NCBI GenBank assembly: GCA_963663035.1
Contig: OY760074.1
Location: 160,001-224,000, forward strand
Direction of reading: 5' to 3'
Origin: Acidobacteriota bacterium
GTDB taxonomy: Bacteria > Acidobacteriota > UBA6911 > RPQK01 > JADFOI01
Length of the DNA stretch: 64,000 nt
How positions within the stretch are numbered: the first letter of the stretch is position 1; each line of letters starts with the position of its first letter. The translations under genes were made by a program, and so were the position numbers. Positions 47,932 through 57,339 of the stretch are shown piece by piece. Under the pieces are notes generated by a model. That model had not been told where the DNA came from, did no database searches, and saw nothing but the letters and a program-made list of their open reading frames with translations.

Positions 47932-48090
47932 CCCCAAAGGGAAAATCCGAAATCCGATATTCAATACTCAAGCAGGAAGGGTGGCTGTCCAACCCGTTTA
48001 GCTTCCCAGAGTTGATAAGATAGAAGGTGTGCCAATGCTGTTGTTCGTAAGACGCCCTACTTCAACCTGAGATCAAGGAAATATTAAACC

Positions 48091-49503
48091 ATGGCAGATA
48101 AGCAGCTCTATCCTCTTGGCAGTGAGTCTCGGCCCCTTCGAGTGGCCATCATCGGCTCTGGCCCCTCCGGCTTTTATGCGGCGGACGCCCTCTTCAAAGA
48201 GAAGGACCTGAATGTCCAGGTTGATTTGTACGATCGTTTGCCGACCCCTTACGGCTTGGTGAGATTTGGTGTTGCCCCCGACCACCAAAAGCTCAAGGCC
48301 GTGATTCGGGTTTACGAAAAGGTCGCGGGAAGAGAAGGCCTGCGATTTTTCGGAAACGTCCAGGTGGGCCGCGACCTCACCGTCGAAGAGTTAGAGCTCC
48401 ACTACGACCAGATCGTCTTCGCCATTGGCTGCGAGACGGACCGGAAGCTGGGTATTCCCGGGGAGGACCTGGAAGGAAGCTATACCGCTACCGAGTTCGT
48501 GGCCTGGTACAACAGCCATCCGGATTACATCGATCGAGCCTTTGATCTGTCCTGTGAACGTGCAGTAGTCGTTGGAATCGGCAACGTGGCCATGGACGTT
48601 ACCCGTATCCTGGCGAGGGATCCCGAGGAATTGGCCAGCAGCGACATTGCGGGCTACGCTCTGGAGGCGCTGCGCAAGAGTGGTGTCAAGGAGGTCATTC
48701 TGCTGGGCCGGCGGGGACCTGCCCAGGCCGCCTTTTCACCCCGTGAGATCCAGGAGATCGGGGGGCTGGAAGGTGTCGACCTAATCATGGATCCCCAAGA
48801 AGCGGAGCTGGACGAAGTCTCTCGGGCTTCTCTGAAGGCTGACGAGAAGAGCAACGTGGAGTATTTGATGGCACAGTCCAAGCTGGGCGAAGGCAGCAAC
48901 CCCAAGAAAGTCCGCCTGCGTCTCTGTGTTTCTCCAGTGGAAATTATCGGTGAAAACGGCCGGGTCACGGAGGTGAAGATTGAAAAGAACGAGCTGCGTC
49001 AGGAGGAGGGTGGATATATCCGCTCCGTAGGTACGGGCCAGTATGAGACCCTTTCGGCCGGACTGATCTTTCGTTCAATCGGATACCACGGGGTGCCCCT
49101 GGCGGGTCTTCCCTTTAATGAAAAGCGCGGGATTGCCCACAACAAGGAGGGGCGCGTAACCGACTCCTCGGGCAGCATTGAAGCCAACAAGTACGTGGTG
49201 GGTTGGATCAAGCGGGGGCCCACCGGGCTGATTGGGACCAACAAGCGAGACTCCTCTGCCACGGTGGATAAGATGCTCGAGGACATAGCCGGACAGAAGG
49301 CCCCGGTGGATCCGCAGAAAACGCCGGAGGCGGTCGATCAAATGCTGGCCACCAAGAAGCTCATGGTGGTCACCTTTGAGGATTGGAAGCTCTTGGACAA
49401 GCAGGAAGTGGACAAGGGTCAACGCCTGGGCAAAGTGCGGGACAAGTTCGCAACCGTTGCGGAGATGATGGAGGCTATCGAGAACGCCCGCTCCGCGGGT
49501 TAA
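48091..49503 (+). CDS. Ferredoxin-NADP+ reductase, adrenodoxin-reductase/FprA type
   Basis: Motifs GSGPSGFY, PYGLVRFGVAPDH, GNVAMDV.R and GWIKRGPTG.IGTN. Confidence 0.9.
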   Translation: MADKQLYPLGSESRPLRVAIIGSGPSGFYAADALFKEKDLNVQVDLYDRLPTPYGLVRFGVAPDHQKLKAVIRVYEKVAGREGLRFFGNVQVGRDLTVEELELHYDQIVFAIGCETDRKLGIPGEDLEGSYTATEFVAWYNSHPDYIDRAFDLSCERAVVVGIGNVAMDVTRILARDPEELASSDIAGYALEALRKSGVKEVILLGRRGPAQAAFSPREIQEIGGLEGVDLIMDPQEAELDEVSRASLKADEKSNVEYLMAQSKLGEGSNPKKVRLRLCVSPVEIIGENGRVTEVKIEKNELRQEEGGYIRSVGTGQYETLSAGLIFRSIGYHGVPLAGLPFNEKRGIAHNKEGRVTDSSGSIEANKYVVGWIKRGPTGLIGTNKRDSSATVDKMLEDIAGQKAPVDPQKTPEAVDQMLATKKLMVVTFEDWKLLDKQEVDKGQRLGKVRDKFATVAEMMEAIENARSAG

Positions 49504-49529
49504 AGGCGACCCAGCTTTTGACTCCTACC

Positions 49530-49622
49530 TAGCCGGAACTATGCATAGGTTTTCGTGACGAAGTGCCGCTGGCTCGGATGATTGCGGCACAGCAGTAGAA
49601 AATCTATGCCTAATCCCGGCTA
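49530..49622. mobile_element. MITE-like element, type A, minimal 93-bp form
   Basis: Ends TAGCCGGAACTATGCATAGG / TCTATGCCTAATCCCGGCTA. Internal modules absent. Confidence 0.8.
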
Positions 49623-49642
49623 ATAAATCCTGCCCAGTTTTG

Positions 49643-49669
49643 GGAACAACCCGGCCTGCCCATCGTGTA
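49643..49669 (+). promoter_or_regulatory. Putative ECF-type promoter upstream of the PDZ gene
   Basis: GGAAC-N16-CGTGTA about 40 bp before the ATG at 49711. Confidence 0.4.
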
Positions 49670-49710
49670 ATCAAAGTGAGAGATGGATGCGAAAGGAGCG
49701 AAGCAAAACC

Positions 49711-50523
49711 ATGAAATCTAAAACCTTACTTTTCCTGACTATCTTGCTGGCGGGAGGCTCCAGTTACTCTTTTTCGCAAGCTGTGATTCAGTCCTTGGCC
49801 TCCGACCAGAGTTATCTCGGCGTACAACTTCGCGACATTACTTCAAGCGAGGTGGACAATCTGAAACTACCCCAGGAGGCGGGAGTCTTCCTGGTGCGAG
49901 TCGAGGAAGATAGTCCTGCCGCCGAGGCTGATTTACGGGAAGGCGATGTGATCATCCAATTCGGCACAGTCTCCGTTTTCAGTGTTCGACAGTTCCAACG
50001 GCATGTCTCTGAAACTCCTGCCGGTCGGCAAGTAGAGCTGGTCATCATTCGCGATGGACAGAGAACAGCAAAGACGGTCACCCTCGAGGAACGAGAGTTG
50101 TCCGAACAATATCGGTTTCTGGGACCGCGAGGGATGGAAGGCTCCCGCGATTTCTTGCGTGGCTTTCAGGACTGGTTTCGGCAGGAACCTGACCGGGAGG
50201 CTTCCTCTTCAGGTCCGTCTCGGTTAGGAATCCGGGGAGAGGAACTGACCGATCAACTGGGTGAAGTCTTGGGTGTCCCTGGAAAGGAAGGCGTGCTTGT
50301 CATGGAGGTGATGTTGGATACTCCGGCCCAAAAAGCAGGACTCCAGGCCGGTGATGTGATCGTTTCAGTCCAAGGCCATCCCGTGCGAAGGACAGCGGAT
50401 GTAGCCCGTTACTTGGAACCGGGATCCATGGAGTTAGAAATTATCCGCGACAAGCAGCAAAGCAAAATCACTGTCGAGATCGAATCCGGAAGAAACCAGG
50501 AAAGAGGGAGAATGCGACTCTAG
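49711..50523 (+). CDS. Exported tandem-PDZ protein (HtrA-like PDZ domains, no protease domain)
   Basis: Signal peptide. YLGV...SPAAEA.L.EGDVI and LGI...TPA.KAGL.AGDVI. Confidence 0.85.
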   Translation: MKSKTLLFLTILLAGGSSYSFSQAVIQSLASDQSYLGVQLRDITSSEVDNLKLPQEAGVFLVRVEEDSPAAEADLREGDVIIQFGTVSVFSVRQFQRHVSETPAGRQVELVIIRDGQRTAKTVTLEERELSEQYRFLGPRGMEGSRDFLRGFQDWFRQEPDREASSSGPSRLGIRGEELTDQLGEVLGVPGKEGVLVMEVMLDTPAQKAGLQAGDVIVSVQGHPVRRTADVARYLEPGSMELEIIRDKQQSKITVEIESGRNQERGRMRL

Positions 50524-50614
50524 TCCTTGGGATTCCAGCTGAAGCCTGCCTCAGCGACGGCGCGAAGACACGAATTCGGCACCTGAGGTGCCTCCCACGC
50601 ACGACCGCACGAAC

Positions 50615-51355
50615 TCAGTGCGTCAGAGCATAGATCACGTAGTTAATGCCTAATTTGTAGGCCTCGTTGGATAGGCTGACCGGAAAAAAAGACGCGTCTG
50701 ACCATTCCCAGTAGTCACCGATGTCGTTGTTGAAGTTGACGATCGCCTGGAGGTCACCCGCCTCGTCAAACATCCCGTAGAACTCGGCGGGTCGGCCGTA
50801 GTCACGCGGAGCGACCATGTCCAGTGTTTCAATTTCGTAAAAACATTGGAAAATGGCATGATCCACCGTAAGTCTTTTCATCTCCCGCTCGGGGAATACC
50901 TTCTTCATGGCTGACTCAAAGAATCTCCACTGACTGGGCCCGTCAAAGTCATCGAAGATCGCAACCCCCCCCCGAAGAAAATACTCGCGGAGATTGCTTG
51001 CCTCCCTTTCAGTGATTCCCCAGGTGCCGGGCTCACTGAAATAGAGGATGGGGTAGTCCATAATCCGAGGATCATCCAAGTCCACTATGACGTATGAGTT
51101 GGTGGTTGTCTGAACGCCGGTGACCTCGGAGAGGATTTTCAGGAAATTCCGCTCTGCTCGGGGATAGTCGTGGGCCCAACCCATTCTAAAGAACCAGCCA
51201 TTCTCGGAGAACCTGACCCGGGCAAACTGGAAATAAGTAGGATCATCGGCACGGATAGGCTGGTCGCGCTCCGGAGATGCGACAATCGAGGTCAGGGCCA
51301 GAACAGCGCCTAAGATCCAAACCCATGTTCCTCTCCTTCGGATACTGTCCTGCAT
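50615..51355 (-). CDS. DUF4159 domain protein
   Basis: Motifs FQFARV, W.HDYP.A, DDF.G, NNDIGDYWEW and LGINYVIYALTH. Confidence 0.85.
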   Translation of the reverse strand: MQDSIRRRGTWVWILGAVLALTSIVASPERDQPIRADDPTYFQFARVRFSENGWFFRMGWAHDYPRAERNFLKILSEVTGVQTTTNSYVIVDLDDPRIMDYPILYFSEPGTWGITEREASNLREYFLRGGVAIFDDFDGPSQWRFFESAMKKVFPEREMKRLTVDHAIFQCFYEIETLDMVAPRDYGRPAEFYGMFDEAGDLQAIVNFNNDIGDYWEWSDASFFPVSLSNEAYKLGINYVIYALTH

Positions 51356-51560
51356 AATGACTCCATCACCCCGACAGGAGGAGAATCTACTCGCGCGTTT
51401 CTCCTGGTGGCAACTTGCTTGTGAGTTTCAGCCGTATTGTACCTCAAACCCGGTGTAGTAATTGGGCCGAATGCGGATAATCGGAAAACGTGCGGCTTAT
51501 GGTCAGATTTCCAACTGTCCACCAACCTACGAAGTCACCTTCGCACCGACCCGGGTTCTC

Positions 51561-53417
51561 CTAGTCCAGCAATGTCAGGTCTCGCACAGCACCTTTGTCG
51601 GCGCTGGTGGTCATCAAAGCGTAGAACTGGAGGGCGGGGGTGACCTGTCGGTCACGGGATACGGGTTGCCAGGCTTTGGCGCCCTTGGCCTCCATTGTCT
51701 GGCGTCGCTGGGCCAGTTCCTCGTCGGTGATGGCGAGGGTCAAGGTGCGGTTGGGGATATCGATTTCGATGGAATCGCCCTCCTCGATCAGGCCGATGGC
51801 CCCTTGGGAAGCGGCCTCCGGAGAAACGTGGCCGATACAGAGTCCTGAGGTGCCGCCCGAGAAGCGGCCGTCGGTGATCAGAGCACAGACCTTGTCCAGT
51901 CCCTTGGACTTGAGATAACTGGTCGGATAGAGCATTTCCTGCATTCCCGGCCCGCCTTTGGGACCCTCGTAGCGGATGACAATCACATCGCCCTTTGCCA
52001 CTTTGTCGCCCAGAATGGCGTCGACTGCGTCTTCTTGACTCTCGAAGATCCGCGCCGAGCCCTTGAACGTCAAGAGCGATTCGTCAACTCCGGCGGTTTT
52101 CACGATGCAGCCGTCAGGGGCCAGGTTGCCGTAGAGCACGGCCAGGCCACCGTCCTGGCTGTAGGCGTGTTCGCGGTCCCGGATACAGCCGCTCTCGCGG
52201 TCCAGATCCAGAGACTCCCACTGCTCACTCTGGGAGAAGGCTTGCTGGGTGGGACGTCGGCCCGGTCCGGCAAGGTAAAGCTTATGGGCTGCTCCGTTGG
52301 ATCCGTTGTGCCCATTGCCCACATCCCATTGCTCGAGTGCTTCCCCCATCGTGGGGCTGTGCACGGTAGACACCTGGCGATGGATCAATTCTGCACGGTC
52401 CAGCTCGCCCAGCAGCGCCGGCATGCCGCCCGCGCGGTGGACATCCTCCATGTGAAAGAGGGGAGTTGATGGTGCCACCTTGCACAGGTTGGGCACACGC
52501 CGCGACAGGTCGTCGATGTCCTTCATGGAAAAGGGCACATGGGCCTCCTGGGCCGCGGCCAACAGGTGCAGGACGGTATTGGTCGAGCCTCCCATGGCGA
52601 CATCCAGGGTCATGGCGTTTTGGAAGGCCTCGAAGGTGGCGATGGAGCGGGGCAGGACGCTCTCGTCCTCATCCTGGTAATAAGCCTTGGTGATTTCCAC
52701 GATGCGCCGGCCCGCCATGAGAAACAGGTCTTTTCGGGCTGCGTGGGTGGCCAGCAGCGTACCGTTGCCCGGCAACCCTAGACCCATGGCCTCCACCAGG
52801 CAGTTCATCGAATTGGCGGTGAACATACCGGAGCAGGATCCACAGGTGGGACAGGCATTCTGCTCGTAAACCTGACTTTCCTCGTCGCTCACATTGGGGT
52901 TGGCCGCCGCGATCATCGAGTCGACCAGGTCCAGCTTGACCTGTTTGCCGTTGAGCTCGGCCCGCCCGGCCTCCATGGGGCCGCCCGATACGAAAATGGC
53001 AGGAATATTCAGGCGCAGGGCCGCCATCAGCATTCCTGGTGTGATTTTGTCGCAATTGGAAATACAGACCAGGGCATCGGCGCAGTGGGCGTTGACCATG
53101 TATTCGACAGCGTCGGCAATGAGTTCCCGTGAGGGCAGGCTGTACAGCATGCCCGAGTGACCCATGGCGATGCCGTCGTCGATAGCGATGGTGTTAAACT
53201 CACGGCCGATTCCCCCGGCCTCGGCAATGGCCCCAGCCACCAACTGGCCCATGTCTTTTAAGTGCACATGACCCGGGACAAACTGGGTGAAGGAATTTGC
53301 AATGGCGATGAACGGCTTGCCGAAGTCCTCATCCTTGACACCGGTGGCGCGCCACAAGGCGCGTGCGCCGGCCATATTGCGCCCGGAAATCGTCGTTGCG
53401 GATCGATATCGCGGCAT
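51561..53417 (-). CDS. ilvD: Dihydroxy-acid dehydratase
   Basis: Motifs [42 protein letters not shown] and TDGRFSG. Confidence 0.97.
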   Translation of the reverse strand: MPRYRSATTISGRNMAGARALWRATGVKDEDFGKPFIAIANSFTQFVPGHVHLKDMGQLVAGAIAEAGGIGREFNTIAIDDGIAMGHSGMLYSLPSRELIADAVEYMVNAHCADALVCISNCDKITPGMLMAALRLNIPAIFVSGGPMEAGRAELNGKQVKLDLVDSMIAAANPNVSDEESQVYEQNACPTCGSCSGMFTANSMNCLVEAMGLGLPGNGTLLATHAARKDLFLMAGRRIVEITKAYYQDEDESVLPRSIATFEAFQNAMTLDVAMGGSTNTVLHLLAAAQEAHVPFSMKDIDDLSRRVPNLCKVAPSTPLFHMEDVHRAGGMPALLGELDRAELIHRQVSTVHSPTMGEALEQWDVGNGHNGSNGAAHKLYLAGPGRRPTQQAFSQSEQWESLDLDRESGCIRDREHAYSQDGGLAVLYGNLAPDGCIVKTAGVDESLLTFKGSARIFESQEDAVDAILGDKVAKGDVIVIRYEGPKGGPGMQEMLYPTSYLKSKGLDKVCALITDGRFSGGTSGLCIGHVSPEAASQGAIGLIEEGDSIEIDIPNRTLTLAITDEELAQRRQTMEAKGAKAWQPVSRDRQVTPALQFYALMTTSADKGAVRDLTLLD

Positions 53418-53506
53418 GGTAGTCCTCTCCTGCTATTCAAATTTCTTTTTCTTCGAGTAAGTGATTCTTATTCTATCAGAGTTCAAGACCGGCGAGAATG
53501 GCTCTC

Positions 53507-54607
53507 TCAGTTGGTCCCGCGCCCGGCCACCCCTTTGGTGTCGGCGGAAATCTCCCTGCCCTGCTCCTTAGGACGCAAATCGCGCGTTGCCTTGCCCGCC
53601 CGCCACATCTCGGAATTGCCGATTTCGCCCAATTCCTTGGTGAGCTGCTCCTGGTAATCGGGCGCGCCGCAGGCCTCCAACACCCGGGCCGTCTCCTGGC
53701 CCGATGCCACCCGCTCGTAGAGCTTGTGGAACACGGGCAGGACGGCTTCCTTGAACTTTGGCTTCCAGTCGAGCGCTCCACGCTGTGCCGTGGCCGAGCA
53801 GTTGGAGTACATCCAATCCATGCCGTTTTCGCCGACCAGCTTGATGAGGCTTTCGGTGAGTTCTTCGACTGTCTCGTTGAAGGCTTCACTGGGGCTGTGG
53901 CCCTTCTCGCGCAGCACCTCGTATTGGGCCTCCATGATGCCGGCCAGGGCACCCATCAGGACCCCACGCTCGCCGGTCAGGTCGCTGTGGACCTCGCGGT
54001 GGAAAGTGGTGGGGAACAAGTATCCTGAGCCAATCCCGATGCCCACGGCTACGGTCCGCTCCTCGGCTCGTCCCGTGAAATCCTGCTCGACCGCAAAGCT
54101 CGAATTGATGCCCGCGCCCGACAGGAAATTGCGCCGCACCGACGTGCCGGAGCCTTTGGGGGCCACCATGATCACGTCCACGTTCTCAGGAGGCACCACC
54201 TCTGTCTGGTCCTTGAAGACAATGGAAAAACCGTGAGAGAAATAGATCGCATCGCCCTCATTCAGACATTGCTTAATGGTTGGCCAGATCGCTTTCTGGG
54301 CCGCGTCGGACACCAGCATTTGCACGATGGTGCCCTTCTGGGCCGCCTCCTCGATGTCAAAGAGAGTCTTTCCCGGCTCCCAGCCGTCGCCAACCGCCCG
54401 GTCCCAGTCCTTCTGGAACCGCTGCGCCTGCCCGACAATCACATTGAAACCGTTATCCTTCATGTTGAGCGACTGGGCGGGTCCCTGCACGCCGTAGCCA
54501 ATGACGGCAATGGTCTCGTCCTTCAGAACCTCGCGAGCCTTATCCAGGGTAAATTCTTCCCGTGTGATGACCGTCTCGACAACTCCACCAAAATCTATCT
54601 CAGCCAT
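53507..54607 (-). CDS. ilvC: Ketol-acid reductoisomerase
   Basis: Motifs IGYGVQG, FSHGF, VAPKGSG, SDLTGERGVLMG and CSATAQRGA. Confidence 0.95.
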   Translation of the reverse strand: MAEIDFGGVVETVITREEFTLDKAREVLKDETIAVIGYGVQGPAQSLNMKDNGFNVIVGQAQRFQKDWDRAVGDGWEPGKTLFDIEEAAQKGTIVQMLVSDAAQKAIWPTIKQCLNEGDAIYFSHGFSIVFKDQTEVVPPENVDVIMVAPKGSGTSVRRNFLSGAGINSSFAVEQDFTGRAEERTVAVGIGIGSGYLFPTTFHREVHSDLTGERGVLMGALAGIMEAQYEVLREKGHSPSEAFNETVEELTESLIKLVGENGMDWMYSNCSATAQRGALDWKPKFKEAVLPVFHKLYERVASGQETARVLEACGAPDYQEQLTKELGEIGNSEMWRAGKATRDLRPKEQGREISADTKGVAGRGTN

Positions 54608-54743
54608 GAGTCACTCCTCTGTTTAGTGGTTAACTGACTGCCGCTGCAGTCTTTCCTACAAGGCCCTGTAAATGACCACAAATCCAGGCTCCTGTCAAGA
54701 TGTATGACGTACCCAAGATGGAAACTTTAGATCCTGCAACCGG

Positions 54744-55811
54744 TCAGCCTCTTCGCCAAAGAACCCGCACTCCATCCACACGCCATTCGTGTCCGCCCTG
54801 GCTGTCAATGACCAGGGCGGCCCAAGTTTGTGGCTTGTCCTCCGCGATGCCAACGTCCGCGCACACCAGGCGGTGTCGGAAGCGTGTGAGGATGTGGCCT
54901 GGCCGCCCCCCGGGAACAATGCGTACCGGGCTGTGCCCGACCACGAGCCGCCGCCCGCCCAGTCCAGCCAGTACCTTCTTCAGGATCGCTTCCGTCTCGG
55001 CTCCGCTGCCCCGAGCGAGCTGCCGGTGCCAGAGTGGCCCATCGGCATGATGAAGGATCGAGTTTTGTGGGACCGCTCCCAGATGATTTGGCGAGTCCGC
55101 CCAGGCCTTTGCCGCCGCGCGGTTGAGCCCATCCACGCCCTGGCGCGCCCAATGGGGCGAGACTCCGCCGTGGACAAAAACTGTGTCCCCCAGGCGCAGC
55201 GCGACCGGCAGGCGCCTGATCACCCGACCGATGCGTCCGCGGGGTCCCAGGGCCCGCCGCAGGGCCGCTTTCCCGGGGACGTGCTTCATCTCCCACAAGC
55301 GGAAGCGCGGTTCAAGTGGCAGGATGGGTTCGCCCGGCTGGTGCTGGCTGCGCAGGCGCATGAGCGCCCGCCTTTCGCGCTGGGACCAGGCCTCCCTCTC
55401 CCGAGAGGTGGCGAAGGATAGATATTCGCCTGCCGTGCAGTAGGACTCGTCCCCCAGGGCGGTCATGACCTCGTGGTTGCCGAGGAGGATGGTGACGTTT
55501 CCACCGACGGTGCGTGCCTCCTGCTGCAGCCGGATCAGCATCTCGAAGGCCTCTCGAGCTCCGCTACCTCGGTTGAACACGTCGCCGAGCTGGACGAGGT
55601 GGCTGGCGCCGCCTTTCCAGCGGTCGTGTGAGTTGATGAGCCCCGTTCCGCGCAGGAGGGCTCGGAGCCCGTCGGGCGCTCCGTTGAGGTCTCCAACGAC
55701 AACGATCCTGGGGGGAAGGGGTCTCGGGGAGGGAATAAGAATCTCCTTTTTCGCAGCGAGTGTATTGTGGGAGGATAAGGAGGTCAAGGTATCGCCAAAA
55801 TGGAAAAACAC
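54744..55811 (-). CDS. Calcineurin-like metallophosphoesterase (Shewanella-like phosphatase type)
   Basis: Motifs GDLNG, GDVFNRG, GNHE, FVHGG and VVGHS. Start uncertain, possibly 55736. Confidence 0.85.
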   Translation of the reverse strand: MFFHFGDTLTSLSSHNTLAAKKEILIPSPRPLPPRIVVVGDLNGAPDGLRALLRGTGLINSHDRWKGGASHLVQLGDVFNRGSGAREAFEMLIRLQQEARTVGGNVTILLGNHEVMTALGDESYCTAGEYLSFATSREREAWSQRERRALMRLRSQHQPGEPILPLEPRFRLWEMKHVPGKAALRRALGPRGRIGRVIRRLPVALRLGDTVFVHGGVSPHWARQGVDGLNRAAAKAWADSPNHLGAVPQNSILHHADGPLWHRQLARGSGAETEAILKKVLAGLGGRRLVVGHSPVRIVPGGRPGHILTRFRHRLVCADVGIAEDKPQTWAALVIDSQGGHEWRVDGVRVLWRRG

Positions 55812-56993
55812 CCGCCCGAGAAAGCCATCATTTTTATCCCTGGCAATTATGGAAGTGCCCTGAAAAAAAAGACAACCGGGGAGCGGGTCTGGCTGACGGT
55901 ATCAGAAGGCCTGTGGGGATCCTCCACTCTTGCGCTGGATCAAGATGGGCTCGAGATCTCGGGCACGATGGAGCTGATCGAGGATGGGATACTCGGCAAC
56001 GTCCGTGTTGTCCCACTGGTGTATGTCGTGGATGTCTACGCTTCACTTCTTGAGAGCCTGGAAGACCGGTTTCAAGGGAAGGCACGGATCATCCCCTTTT
56101 CCTATGACTGGAGACAGGACAACTTTAAGGCTGTTACCCAACTGGCCCAGCTGGTCGACCAACTCATCGATAGCGGAACCCGTTCCATTTCTATCCTTGC
56201 CCACAGCATGGGAGGACTCATTGCCACCTATTACTTGAGGTATGGAGAGCAAAAGCCTGAAACAACGACTGAATTGCCAGGAGAAAACTGGAATGGTGCC
56301 CAAAAAATAGATCGAGTTGTGCTGGCGGGAGTCCCCTTCAGAGGAGCGATGAGTCGCTTTCAGCACACGCAGACGGGTACAAGATTTGGCCTCAATAAAA
56401 GCCTTTTGACAGCCCAGGCCATCTCCTCCCTTCCAGCCACCTATCAACTGCTGCCCTTCTTCGAGACTTCAAAGATTCTCTCCCAGACCTTGAAGCCGAT
56501 CCCGAATGTGATTTTCGATCCCCACCACTGGATTCGACATGGATGGGGCCTCATGAATGCTCAGGAAGTCAGGCCACAAGCTCTTGAAAATCGAAAAAAT
56601 TTCACCATACGAGAGTTGAAACGAGCAGATCGATTTTTCCAATTGATTAACCTGCCGTCCCGCCAAACGGAGAGGGTGCCCACCCAGGTGTTGCATATTT
56701 GCGGGAAGGGGCGGCCTACCCTGGCCAAGGCCATCTTGCTGAGGGATCCTGAGGAAAATACGGGTCGCCTGTTATTTGATGAGAATGGCCTTCGGAATTC
56801 TATACCGGAGCTTACGGCTGACCTTCTTCTTGAAGAGGGTGACGGAAGCCTCACCCTTGAATCGACCTCTTTGCCTCAGGCCCTCCAAGAGAACTTTCAA
56901 GGAGTGTCATTTACAGAGACGAAAACCGGCCACGCAGATATGCTGAAGGACAGGGAAGTTCAACAGCGGGTTTTCGCCTTTCTGGAGGAGTAG
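55800..56993 (+). CDS. Alpha/beta-hydrolase, LCAT/lipase-acyltransferase-like
   Basis: Motifs FIPG.YGS, YDWRQ, AHSMGG, GDG and a C-terminal His. Confidence 0.85.
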   Translation: MEKHPPEKAIIFIPGNYGSALKKKTTGERVWLTVSEGLWGSSTLALDQDGLEISGTMELIEDGILGNVRVVPLVYVVDVYASLLESLEDRFQGKARIIPFSYDWRQDNFKAVTQLAQLVDQLIDSGTRSISILAHSMGGLIATYYLRYGEQKPETTTELPGENWNGAQKIDRVVLAGVPFRGAMSRFQHTQTGTRFGLNKSLLTAQAISSLPATYQLLPFFETSKILSQTLKPIPNVIFDPHHWIRHGWGLMNAQEVRPQALENRKNFTIRELKRADRFFQLINLPSRQTERVPTQVLHICGKGRPTLAKAILLRDPEENTGRLLFDENGLRNSIPELTADLLLEEGDGSLTLESTSLPQALQENFQGVSFTETKTGHADMLKDREVQQRVFAFLEE

Positions 56994-57063
56994 ATTTTTC
57001 TTTTTGATTGAAGGAAGAACGGCAAATCGCTAACCTACATACTCGAGAACAGAAGGGGCAGAC

Positions 57064-57339
57064 ATGGATAGTGGTGAGAAGCAGCGTGCATACTGGAGAA
57101 AGAACTTAACCTACCTGGCGATTCTCCTGGGCATCTGGGCCCTGGTGTCGTTTGGCTTCAGTATCCTGTTCGTCGACGAGCTGGACCGGATTTCTCTGGG
57201 CGGCTTCGGGCTCGGATTCTGGTTTGCGCAGCAGGGGGCGATTTACGTCTTCGTCGTGCTGATCTTTATTTACGTCGCCTTGATGAATCGTCTGGACCGT
57301 CGTTACGACGTGGACGATCGGGACGGAAGCGGATCATGA
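57064..57339 (+). CDS. DUF4212 small membrane subunit of the symporter
   Basis: Motifs YW..N and GFWFAQQGAI..FV.LI. ATGA-coupled to the symporter. Confidence 0.9.
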   Translation: MDSGEKQRAYWRKNLTYLAILLGIWALVSFGFSILFVDELDRISLGGFGLGFWFAQQGAIYVFVVLIFIYVALMNRLDRRYDVDDRDGSGS

